A DNA stretch of 64,000 nt, taken from NCBI RefSeq assembly GCF_006345805.1, contig NC_043009.1, positions 58,900,001-58,964,000 of the forward strand, in the 5' to 3' direction. The notes below the pieces were generated by a model that did no database searches, was not told where the DNA came from, and was given only the letters and a program-made list of their open reading frames with translations. This document shows positions 1 through 12,262 of the stretch, piece by piece (the first letter of the stretch is position 1; each line of letters opens with the position of its first letter). The DNA comes from Octopus sinensis. Its lineage: Eukaryota. Both the position numbers and the translations under genes were made by a program.

Positions 1-784
1 TGAAATTGCATTAGTTTTGGGGATTCCTTTTGGTAACTGCTTTATATTGACTATCTATGTATATAGTTATACTATATTAGCCAATCGATTATATAGAACT
101 TCCACTGTGTTCCTATTACAGATTTTGTCGTGTCTATGTATAGCAGGATCGTGAATGTAGATTCCAAAGTTAAAATGCATCTACCTATATTATGGACAAC
201 GTTTATACTAAACAGTGGGTTAAATGATGTGATTTTTCGAACGCCACCTTTGCTAATTCTAGTGAAATTTTACTGCAACATCAAAGTCCAAGCAACTGAG
301 ATTTGCATGTCACTGCTAAATACGAATGCGGATAAAATGCAAATAAACTGAAACATGCAAATAGATCAAAGAGCCATGGCACGCGCTCTGCTTCATCTGA
401 CAAATTATTTGTGACATTTGTCGGACAGATTCTAGAAAAAGCTTTCGGAATAGTACAAGCAAGCGCCTTTATCTGCGTTGATATTTCATTCGTTGTAAAC
501 CCGTTGATTTATAAAACAGTAATCTATTATATTGTCACCTTTCTTCAGCTAACAATTTCATAAAACGTCATTTGAAGAAATAATATGAAATAAATGAAAA
601 CTTTTTCCCTCCAAAATTGTTGTACATGGCAATATCTTAAATCTGGAGCAGAAGATAAAAAATATGTAACACCTAAGAATACATATGTATTTCAAATTAA
701 TGAACATTGTTACTTGCAAGTGTCTAGGGAGTAGTTGAGTATTAAAAATGCTAAATTTATTCTGGACAAATTCTGGATTGGACT

Positions 785-1041
785 AGACAGACATACGTGA
801 GTGTGAGTGTTATGTATATGTATGTGATTGTATATGTGTGTGAGTGTGTGCATGTGTGTGTTTGTGTGTGCGTCTCGGAGTGCACACACTCACATGGATC
901 CTCTGATACAGACACACAGTCATGTATCCACACAAGCACTTACATATGTATGTATACATTCATATATACATGCATGCATATATGTATACGTATACATACA
1001 TACATGCATACATGCATACATATATATATATATATATATAT

Positions 1042-1116
<75 letters not shown>

Positions 1117-1120
1117 TACA
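785..1120. repeat. Compound microsatellite (TG)n/(TA)n/(TAGA)n
   Basis: Visible dinucleotide and tetranucleotide runs; these generate the YI/CV-repeat ORFs in the track. Confidence 0.95.
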
Positions 1121-1412
1121 TAATACTATTATACAGAGACAGGGCGCGGAAGAGGAGGACAAATGATATATATAATATATATAATATATGTATCATCAGA
1201 TATTACCAACAGGGATATTTACTGATGTGTTTACAACTTTCTCCCATAGACAATAAATATAACACAGCCCTTAAATGTTTAGTTACGAGCGATAAGCTCC
1301 GGGTTCTGAAGGTCTGAATCATCGAAATCAGATGAATACATGCATGTATATACATACATATATGCACACGCGCGCACACACACACACACGTATGCACGCA
1401 CGTATAATGTTT

Positions 1413-1444
<32 letters not shown>

Positions 1445-1597
1445 AGTGGTGTGCAAGTGTGATTAAAAATGATTCTGTATATGTGAGGTGTGAGTCATTT
1501 TTATGCTATCAAAGTCTTCAGGGCAGAACGTATATTAATGATAAACTCTGGCTATATAGGCTTCACTGATCTTTTAACCTCGCTGAACTACGTTTCC

Positions 1598-2575
1598 GCC
1601 ATCACCACCACAACCACCACCAACACCACCACCAACACCACCAACACCACCACCAACACCACCAACACCACAAACACCACCACTACCAACAACAAGAAAA
1701 ACAACAACTCCAACACCACCAACCAGGAGAACAACAACACCGTGGCCACTACCGCAACCGCCACCACCACCACTAACACGAGCAGCACCATAGCCACAAC
1801 CAACACCACCGCCACCATCACCTGAAACACTATCCATATCCCTAGCACCACCACCACCATCACTACCAACACCATCACTACCAACACCATCACTACCAAC
1901 AACAACACCAACACCATCACTACCAACAACAACACCAATACCACTACCACCACCACCAACAACAACACCAATACCACCACCACCACAACAACAACAACAA
2001 CAACAACACCATAGCCATCACCACCACCGCCGCCATCTCCAGCATTATTACCACTACCACCACCATCACAACTACCATGACCAGACCATCATCATCACCA
2101 CAAGCATTATGATCATCACCACCACCATCACCACTACCCATACCACCACCAACATTATCACCAGAATTACAACTATCACTATTTCTCTTCCACCGTCATC
2201 AGAAATATCTGCCACCATCTTCACAACTCCCGTTTAACACATGGCCACCGTCACCATCACAACCAGTATACCACAACTAGTAGACTACAGCTAGTAGACT
2301 ACATCATCGACATTCTACACATCACCGCGCAGAACAACATCACGAGACCACCACCACGAGAACACCATCTCGACCACATCGCTGCCCCCATCACTATCAG
2401 AGCGGAAACCCCACGCAAACAGCACAGCTGCAAGTACCATACACCCACCGTCTAAATCAGAAGAAACATCTCCACCCTTGCCCACCCAAGCTATCACATG
2501 AAATCACTAACATTAAGAACGTTACCACTTTCACCAATAATACTACTACTACCACTATCACCAATACTACTACTA

Positions 2576-2612
<37 letters not shown>

Positions 2613-3548
2613 GACTACTACTACTACTACTACTAAAACTACTACCACTACTAAAACTACTACTACTACTACCACCACCACCATCACAATCACCACCAAA
2701 ACCATTACCATCAACACCACCATCACCATTACCATCAACACCACCATCACCACAACTACCACCACCACCACCTCCACCACTACTACCACTCTACCACAAC
2801 CATGACCACCATGATCACCACCACCACCACCACCATTACCATGACATCATAACATGACCTGTGTACTATCTCTATCATGTAGCTGCCACCGCACCGCTAC
2901 CACCACCACCATCACCACCACCACTAACTACCAGCACCACCGCCAAATACCACCATGCTGGGCTCACTGCAATGGGAAATTGGTTGGACTGTCACGGCTG
3001 GAATGCATTTGACTATAGATCTGCTCAAACAGGGTTTGCCCGAGGTTGTGAAACAGCTACTAGAACTACCTGAACGTTCTTGCCAGCAAACTGCTACCAC
3101 CACACCCACCACCACCACCATAATCATCGACGCCATCAACACTAACATCGTTAACATTGCCACCACCGCAACCACCACCATCACCACTGCAATCACTGGC
3201 CACTATCATCAATACTACCACAACTATCCTCACCACCACAACAAACACAAGTACATCACAAGCAACCTATACTTCTACAGCCACCACTACTACTACTACT
3301 ACTACTATTACTACTTCTACTATTACTACTACTTCTACTACCACCACCAATACCACCACCATTACCACCACCATTACCACCACAACTACCACCACCACTA
3401 CCACCTCCACTACCACAACCACCACCACACGACAACGACGACCACAACCACTACCACTACTACCACTACTACTAATACCACCACTACACCACCACCGCAA
3501 GCACTACAACTACTACTACTACTACTACAACTACTACTGCTGTTGCTG

Positions 3549-3582
<34 letters not shown>

Positions 3583-3633
3583 CACATTCACCACATCCTT
3601 ACCACTACCATCAAAAGTAAATAAAGAAATAAA

Positions 3634-3673
<40 letters not shown>

Positions 3674-3720
3674 TAATAATAGTAATAATGATGATGATGA
3701 TGATGATGATGATTTCGTTA
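1598..3720. repeat. Long imperfect trinucleotide low-complexity region (ACC/AAC/ACT/AAT/GAT)n
   Basis: About 2 kb of degenerate CAC/TAC/AAC triplets, strongly C/A-skewed on +; poly-Thr/His/Val ORFs appear in all frames. Confidence 0.9.
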
Positions 3721-4774
3721 TTAACCAAAAGAAAAACATGGAAAACGACACGAAAAACATTATGGACAGTACAGGACAAAACAAATAATAATAATAAACA
3801 GCGCTAAATCTTGCAAACACAACCATTACCCACGTCGCCACCATAACACTACCATTACCAGCAGGACGTTTCCACCATTACCATCACATTTATCACCAAT
3901 TTGCCACCATCAAAATCACAACTACTCCATAACGCCACAATTTTCTACTAATACTACTCCATTACCAACTCATCGAAACCTTTACCAGCACCAAACTCCA
4001 CCTGTATGTGTCCATCACCGCCAGCATCACTATCAACAATATGTAGTAGCATATTCTACCTTACTACCTCTATAAACACCACACCAGCTCACCTCGTTCA
4101 CTGCCCACACTCATCGTACTTCGTCACCACCGCTGTCATTACCGAGAGCAGCTCCACCATGTTGTTACTTACAATCACCACCCCGCCAGTGACTAAACAC
4201 CATTATATCAACAAGACCTCATATTCATATCCACCGTCATCTACATATACTAAAAACGACTACTTCTGACACGTCATCACCACCAACTCCACCACCGACA
4301 GCACCACAACCATCACCACCACCGACACGGACACTCACATGTCATCACAATAGTCGCTTACCTATACCCCACAACTGCCACTCAACGTTCGACAAACTAC
4401 GTGACTACATCCTCCCACCCTTACAACCGTTATTCACCCACACAACAACAACCACGGACCTAAAGGTACGGCCATACAGGACTCAGGTAGGAGACGACCC
4501 AATGAAATAGGTTGTTTACAGGTGCTACACACACTCATGTACAGTCATCTATGAATCATCAGAAATAGACTGTTAGATATATCCAATAGTTATCGATTAG
4601 TCACAACCATCGTTACTGATTGGTTGGTATTGTGTCCTGTACTTCGGTATGAATGCCGCTCTATCAATCCCTGTCTCTCTCTTTTTCTTTCTCTTTCTCT
4701 CTCATCTCTCCCTTCCTTCCTTCCATCCCTCCTTCGTTTCCTTTCATCTTCCAGTTTATATGTGTGCATGTATG

Positions 4775-4866
<92 letters not shown>

Positions 4867-5105
4867 ATATATATACGAATTTCTATGTGTATAGAAGAAT
4901 ATATTAATGAAGGAATTTCCAACTTGCTCTGAATTTCACGTTTCATTGTTTACAACTTTTACAATTTTAGAATATGGATGTATATTATATATGTGTGTGT
5001 GTGTGAGTGTGTGTGTGTGTGTATGTTTATGTTTATGCATGAATGTATGAATGTATGAATGTATATATGTATGTATATGTATATATATATATAGGTTATA
5101 GTAGG

Positions 5106-5139
<34 letters not shown>

Positions 5140-5169
5140 GTCTGCGTGTGTCTATACAATCACAGACAC

Positions 5170-5208
<39 letters not shown>

Positions 5209-5998
5209 AAACATATATCAGTTTCCTTATCGATGTCTCATTCAGTAAACATACCACCATCACAACGACAACAGTCTCTCTATCCAACACGGCGACCACC
5301 ACCATCACCACCCCATCAGTAACATCACTACAACTACGAGGGCGACTACGACACCACCTCACCACCACCACCAACAACAACAACAACAACACTACCATCA
5401 CCACGGTCAGCAGGACCTCCACCACCACCACCACCACCAGTTTCACCACTACCATCATCACTAGTATCTCTGGTTTATCTCTTCCATCTCACATCTTTCC
5501 GCTTATCGAATCCCCAACCCCTTCTCACTCTCACTCTCTCTCAAACATTCCCTTCCGCTGTCCCCGCCTCCCGCTGTCCCCGCCTCCCGCTCAATGTATC
5601 CACCATCAACATCACCACCGCACATACCTTTCCGCTCCCCCATCAGCTCCTGAACAACTAATCACTACCGTGACCAGCTACCGTGTACATTTTGTTTCTA
5701 TAGAAACCAAAACGGGAATGTTTAACATACCTTTAATAGGATCCGGAACCTAGCTACGATGACTAAACACCTTGCGCCCCCTATACAGGTTGTTGGCTGG
5801 TTGGGTGGCTGAAAGTTTCCACCTTGTTATTGTTTTTACCTGTTGTTCCGGTTGCTGCTGCTGCTGCCGCTGCTGCTGCGGCCCCTGTTGTTGTTGTTGT
5901 TGTTATTGTTGCTGTTGTGCATGACGTCGTTGACTTTGAATAAAGTGAAGTTGTTTGCTTGCTTGCTTGCATATAAAACAAATATATAAACGCTAACA

Positions 5999-6032
<34 letters not shown>

Positions 6033-6319
6033 CATACAAGCGCACATCACTATTTTTCTCCCTCTCCTTTATTATATGCATGCATGCATACACACGTGCA
6101 CACACGCATGCATGCATACCTGCATTTTTCTTCATTCGTACATAGATGAACGAATAGATAGGTATATAGTTAGAAAGACTTACACACACACACACACACA
6201 CACAACCTAATTAAACAAAAAAAAACAGATATGTATGTACAAATAAACACATAAATTCATATGTATCTACCTGTGTATCTGTCTGCCAGTCGATCTATCT
6301 ATCTATCTATCAATCAATG

Positions 6320-6392
<73 letters not shown>

Positions 6393-7114
6393 GTCTGTCT
6401 GTCTGTCTATCTATGTATCTATATATCTATCTATCAGTGTGTCTCTATGTCTATATACCTATTTATCTACCTGTCTGTCTCTTTATCTGTCTATCTATCT
6501 GTGTATCTACCTATCTGACTGTATGCCTAACTATCTATATATCTACCTATCTTTCTGTATATGTGTCTCGTTATCATTCTGTCTATGTGAGTATATATAT
6601 GTATATATGTATGTGTGTATTTATGTAAGTATATATATATATATATACATGTGTGTATGTGTGTATGTGTATGTGTGTGTGCGTGTGCGTATATATATAT
6701 ATATATTGTATGTGTGTGTTTAGAAAGAGAAGAATGAACTATTTGCTGAGCAACATCACTCCATAAATCCCATAAGAAACGCGGAAACAAAACCCCACAA
6801 ACATCTACCCTCCGATCTGCAACTTTAGCAACCAGTCTGAAGACGCATATGAGCACAAAACAGACTACTCGACGGATTATATTTAGGCGATATTATGAAC
6901 AGCTATAACTGCAGTCTCTAAAAAGCTTTAATGGACTTACTGAATATTTATTTAAAAAGATTTAACAAGCACACACACTCTTTAAGAATAACGTTAGAAT
7001 AAACATTAACTAGCTGACGCATTAAGCTGAAGTGTATTGCAATCGTAAAGACAGTAGCAATAAGAGGAAGCATAAGAGGAACTGCCTTGTAAGTAATGTT
7101 TGTTAAGGTAGTTA

Positions 7115-7518
7115 TAGGCGCAGGAGTGTCTGTGTGGTAAGTAGCTTGCTTACCAACCACATGGTTTTGCGTTCAGTCCCACTGCGTGGCACCTTGGGCA
7201 GGTGTCTTCTACTATAACCTTCGGCCGACCAAAGCCTCTTGAGTGGATTTGGTAAACGGAAGCTGAAATGAACCCGTCGTATATATGTATATATATATAT
7301 GTATGTGTGTGTATATGTTTGTGTGTTTGTGTTTGTCCCCCCTAACTTCGCTTGACAACCGATGCTGGTGTGTTTACGTCCCCGTCAATTAGCGGTTCGG
7401 CAAAAGAGACCGATAGAATAAGTACTAGGCTTACAAAGAATAAGTCCTGGGATCGATTTGCTCGAGTAAAAGGCGGTGCTCCAGCATGGCCCCAGTCAAA
7501 TGACTGAAACAAGTAAAA
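7115..7518 (+). mobile_element. tRNA-derived SINE, family B (two modules joined by an internal (TA)n/(TG)n microsatellite)
   Basis: Head GGCGCAGGAGTG(G/T)CTGTGTGGTAAGTAGCTTGC...GTTCAGTCCCACTGCG (A/B-box-like); tail ...CAGTCAAATGACTGAAACAAGTAAAA. Four more copies in the window. Confidence 0.85.
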
Positions 7519-7827
7519 CAGTATTCTGTCTCAAAATCTCTGAATAGACATTTTTCTACTTTAACTGAATTCTTCTAAATAGAAAAAATTATCAAAATTT
7601 TGAGCCTCTTCAAACACATAGAATATAGTTGTTTTTTTTATTATTATTAACTCGGCACTTGACCTCTGCTAAAGAGTGAAAGCCATGGCCTAATATCAGT
7701 TCATTCTATAGGTTTTATTGACTCACCCTCACATTGTTAAAATCATTGCACACAAGATACTACAACGAATAGACGAGCGTGAACCATGAATTTATACAAT
7801 TGCATCAAGTCGTTTTTTACCGTTTGC

Positions 7828-7860
<33 letters not shown>

Positions 7861-8488
7861 TAGTGTTCGTTTGCTGAAAGGTGCAGCGAAATGCTGATCA
7901 CAAAAGCGATCTCTCCAAACAAAACGTATATTCATACACTAGCAACGTGTGTTTTTTTCTTTTTCTCTCCTTTTGTATTTTTTTCTTTTACAAATCCTTT
8001 TGATGTAAAATACAAGACAATTAAAAAGGTGTTAAGTTGTTAAGTCGTTGAAGACACTTAAGAAAAACCTAGATAGATGTCAGGAAAAAGAGATAAAAGC
8101 AAAAAGCACAGAAAGTACCTTTTCAAATAGATAAACAGACCGATAGGTAGATAGATAGACAGACAAACAGACAGGCAGGTAGATAAATAGGTATATAGAT
8201 AGATAAATAGATACATAGACAGCTATGTAAGTAGGTATGTATGTATGTAGGTAGGTAGATAGGTATGTATGTAGGTAGATAGTTAAGTAGGTCGGTAGGT
8301 AGGTAGGAGGTTAATAGGAAGATAATAGATAGATATGTATGCATATTAAGTTAGACACGGCCTGGGCCAATAATGGCCGAAACCTATCAAAGTATCAAAG
8401 TATGTAGGTAGGTAGATAAGTTGGTATGTATGTATGTATGTATGTAAGTAGGTAGGTAGAAAGGTAGAAAGATAGATAGATTGATAGT

Positions 8489-8580
<92 letters not shown>

Positions 8581-9627
8581 CAGATAGATAGATATAATGT
8601 GTATATTTTTGTTCACAACGAAAATCCCAAACACACACGCACATAGACGCCTATTTTGAGTGAGGCTGTATCATGTTTCCAGATCAGTGTTTGTTCTCTT
8701 CCTGTATTAAGACAAACTTCAGTCAGACTTTATCCATTGGAGGAAATATCGCCCAATAACTTTATTTAGCTTCACCAGCATAGTAATATTACCTGCATGG
8801 CATAAACAACTGCAATGTCCGCCACGTTAACTGTATATACATCAAACAATTTATCTTCCGGCGACCGCACAATACATTTGAATATTTCCTTGCTTTGTTT
8901 TCATTTATTTTATTACCCTGAAACAATATACTTCTATCTCTCAGGAAGTAGGTGACAGCGCTGCATAGCAAAGAAGATTTTTGTCTGACAAATTAATGCT
9001 ACCTGAATGAGAGACCATTCAAAGTCACCGTTCCATGTAAAAGCATTGGACCTCCGATCAATTAACATATCATTTCTTTGTAGCCCAAGGATGCGCCCTT
9101 TATGGCGTTATAAGATCTGCTTGAAATTCTAAATGAATCACTCTTAAAGGATTCCTTTCTACAGGGAAAACAGTGTGCTATAGAGGGTATTCGGGATAAG
9201 TTTCGAGATCTTTTAATGTGTCGTTCTGTTAAGTATAGCTTGCTCCATTGACAAACGGTCAATGGCATGGGAGAGCATAAATATTAAAGTTGTAGGTGAG
9301 AAAAAGTTAGTTGACATACAGGACAGGAATCATAAGTAATAGACAGGAATCATAGAGGACAGGAATCATAAGTATGCCGACATCATTACTGCAGCTCACT
9401 TTTAAAGGCGGTAGGACGTGACATGGACAACTGCAACGTAGAGCGGAGTCTACGATACAGTGGTCAACAAGAAGGGACGCAGTATATGCTCAGCATCATT
9501 GATCAGTCTTCAGAAGCAGGAAAATATCAGTTGTTGTCGGAAAATTTCTACTTTACCGGCCCCAATTTCAGTGTTGTACTATAGTGTAATGTGCAAAAAT
9601 AAAACAGGGAACAAGAGCAGTAAATCT

Positions 9628-10105
9628 GTTTTAACACCAAGCATTATTGGGAAATGTCCCAAAATGCTATTACGCCAACCTCCGGCAATCTCCGGTTATC
9701 TCGGCCAATCTCCGCCATTCTCACTCTATCTCCGCCAATCTCAGCCAATCTAACTCTATCTCCACAAATCTCATTCTCTCCCAGGTGTCTTAACACCCAG
9801 CATTATTGGGAAATTTCCCAAAATGCTATTCCGCCGATCCTCGCCTATCTCCGCGTATAGCTGCATATCTCCGCGTAGCTCCACTAATCTCCGCATATCT
9901 CCGCCTATCTCCGGTAATCTCCGTCAATCTCCGCCAATCTCCGCCTTTGTCGGCCTATCTTACTCTATCTCCGCCTATCTTACTCTGTCTCCGCCTATCT
10001 CACTCTATCTCCACGTATCTCACTCTATTTCCGCCAATCTCACTTTATCTCACTCTATCTCACTCTCTCCCAGATGTTTTACCACCCAGATTTATTGGGA
10101 AATCC
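9628..10105. repeat. Composite minisatellite: about 10-12-bp ATCTCCGCC(A/T)/ATCTCACTCT units between three copies of a palindromic anchor
   Basis: Anchor (T)AACACC(C/A)AGCATTATTGGGAAAT(T/G)TCCCAAAATGCTATT at about 9631 and 9791, partial at about 10081; degenerate ATCTCCGCC units fill the gaps. Confidence 0.85.
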
Positions 10106-10722
10106 TTATAAGGTGGCATGGATTTAAACAGCAATTTATGTCCCCCACACAACGCAAAGTACTTGATCAAATTCAGTTTTAAACGGCAGTGTAATATATA
10201 TCAGATTTACATGACCCACCTCTCAAAACAAGTATACTCCAATGACTCTACATTGTCTGCATAATCGTGATAAGTAGGGGAAATGCATTGGGTGGGTGGG
10301 GCAGTAAAAAATAGGAATCCGGCAGTGAATGACTTGGATTTGGAACTGGAGGTCGGATTGAAATCATAGACTGATGACACAAAGCGTCAACATAACGCTT
10401 TAAAACATATATGTTTGATAACAAGATAGTTGAATTATGAACAGTTAATGTTCATCAATACCGTGAAATTACATAAAAGGTGTCCAGAAATCTCTACCTA
10501 CTTTAATGAATCGTTAAAATTATTTTTAAAAATCAGTTATAGAGTAAAAGATTAATAACATTGTTTGAAGTTTAATGTATAAAGTTCAACATACATCAGT
10601 AACACTTCACAGCTCAAAGCATCTAACAACATTTCAAAACCCTTCCTGAATATTTATGGCGTAATTTTTATCAACAGCTTATTGTAATATGTAAAACATC
10701 TCATAATATAATATAATATACA

Positions 10723-11137
10723 TATTTCTTTATTACCCAATAGGGGCTAAACACAGAGGGGACAAACAAGGACAGACATAGGTATTAAGTCGATTACATC
10801 GACCCCCAGTGCGTAACTGGTACTTAATTTATCGACCCCGAAAGGATGAAAGGCAAAGTCGACCTCGGCGGAATTTGAACTCACACGTAACGCAGACGGA
10901 ATACCTATTTCTTTATTCCCCACAAGGAGCTAAACACAGAGGGGACAAACAAGGACAGACATAGGTATTAGGTCGATTACATCGACCCCAGTGCGTAACT
11001 GGTAATTAATTTATCGACCCCGAAAGGATGAAAGGCAAAGTCGACCTCGGCGGAATTTGAACTCAGAACGTAACGCAGACGAAATACCGCTAAGCATTTC
11101 GCCCGGCGTGCTAACGTTTCTGCCAGCTCGCCGCCTT
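10723..11137 (-). mobile_element. tRNA-derived SINE, family A, with tandemly duplicated 183-bp body
   Basis: Minus strand begins AAGGCGGCGAGCTGGCAGAA and has B-box GTTCAAATTCC. Central GCCTTTCATCCTTTCGGGGTCGATAAA resembles the MetaSINE central domain (from memory). Body is repeated with a junction at about 10905. Confidence 0.85.
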
Positions 11138-11172
11138 GTATATAATATAATATACAGCTTACTGATATATTA

Positions 11173-12262
11173 TAGGGGAGTCAAAGATTATCAGCTCTTT
11201 CTCCAAAACTTCCTTTAGGTTGACTGCAAAGCTTTCAGCAGTGTTACTCGTATAGTTACGTAAACTAGGTTTGACTTAAACACTCCACTGTTCTTACTTG
11301 TGTTACAGGATAAATGTGGCTGCTCCGCTGGCAGTGTGAACCTAAGAAGAACAGTGATTAGATTTCTCTAGTTTTAAGGACTGAAATTCATCGTCAGCTT
11401 TCAGTTCAATACAGGAACAGCGCTCAACCGCAGAGATGTCTGCTGGAGTGAATAGAGGACTTTCAAAATGGCTGGACGAGCATGAAGCAGGAGACTATGA
11501 GGTCTTTGCAATCAAGTGGGACATTCATCAACCTGGGGAAGCCTGCAGGTGAGCAACGATGAAGTGGCGTGTCTTCTGCGAATTCGTCATGGTTTTGCAT
11601 ACGAAATCATCTAATATTTGTGCGAGAATTTGTGCGAGATGTGTGCCTAGAGACATTACCGAAGCGTATAAGCGTAACCATGTGAAGATTTGTCAACGCT
11701 TACTCAACCACGACATCGATCAAGGCAAAGAGAATACTCACAGCTGATGAGACATGGGTGCATCGCTTTCAGCCAATATCTAAAAGGCAGAGTATGGAGT
11801 AGGAAAACCCAGAATTGTCAAAGAAAAACAAATTCAAGACTCAAAGTTCCGTAGGGTAAATCATGCTATTTTAGGGTTGCGCAAAAGGGCTTATACTGGA
11901 ACATCACCGGGAAAAGTGATGTCCAGTCACCTGTAAAGGCTGCAGTGAATGTTGAAACCATTGGGATTTTGAGTTACGAGTTGCTGGAACAGCCTTCACA
12001 CAGTCCAGATCTCATCCCTTGCGACTATTACCTGTTTGGACCGCCCAAACACTCTTTACAAGGTCATAGATTTGAAACAGACAAAGAAGCGGTGTATGAT
12101 TGCTGTACGATTGTTGCACTATCAGCCGAAGACCTCCGATGGAATAAATAAGCTTGTGGAGCGTTGGAAGAAGTGCACGGGAAAGCAAGGACGCCATGTT
12201 GAAAAAATTTGTCTTAATAAATTTCAGAAAAAAAAGTGGGTACAATTTTTGACTTACCCTCG
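11173..12262 (+). mobile_element. Degenerate mariner DNA transposon (about 1.09 kb)
   Basis: Imperfect TIRs (TA|TAGGGGGAGTCAAAGATT and AATTTTTGACTTACCCTCG|TA) with flanking TA. Transposase motifs in broken frames: ICARCVPR (WVPR), TADETWVH, EQPSHSPDLIPCDYYLFG (YSPDLAPxD). Confidence 0.9.

Noticed and set aside
757-6856. Long ORFs rich in T, V, H, Y/I, C/V (for example 2955-3620 and 5043-5753) as mucin-like or His-rich proteins
   Set aside because: They are translations of simple repeats, open in several frames on both strands, with no splice or domain support.
9628-10105. CRISPR-like repeat-spacer array
   Set aside because: Eukaryotic context, only three anchors, the intervening sequence is itself repetitive rather than unique spacers, and there are no cas genes.
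11740-11790. CTGATGA as a hammerhead core
   Set aside because: It encodes the mariner TADETW motif; no stem II or GAAA follows. Similar isolated CTGATGA hits at about 28869, 44248 and 45985 were rejected because no correctly placed GAAA follows.
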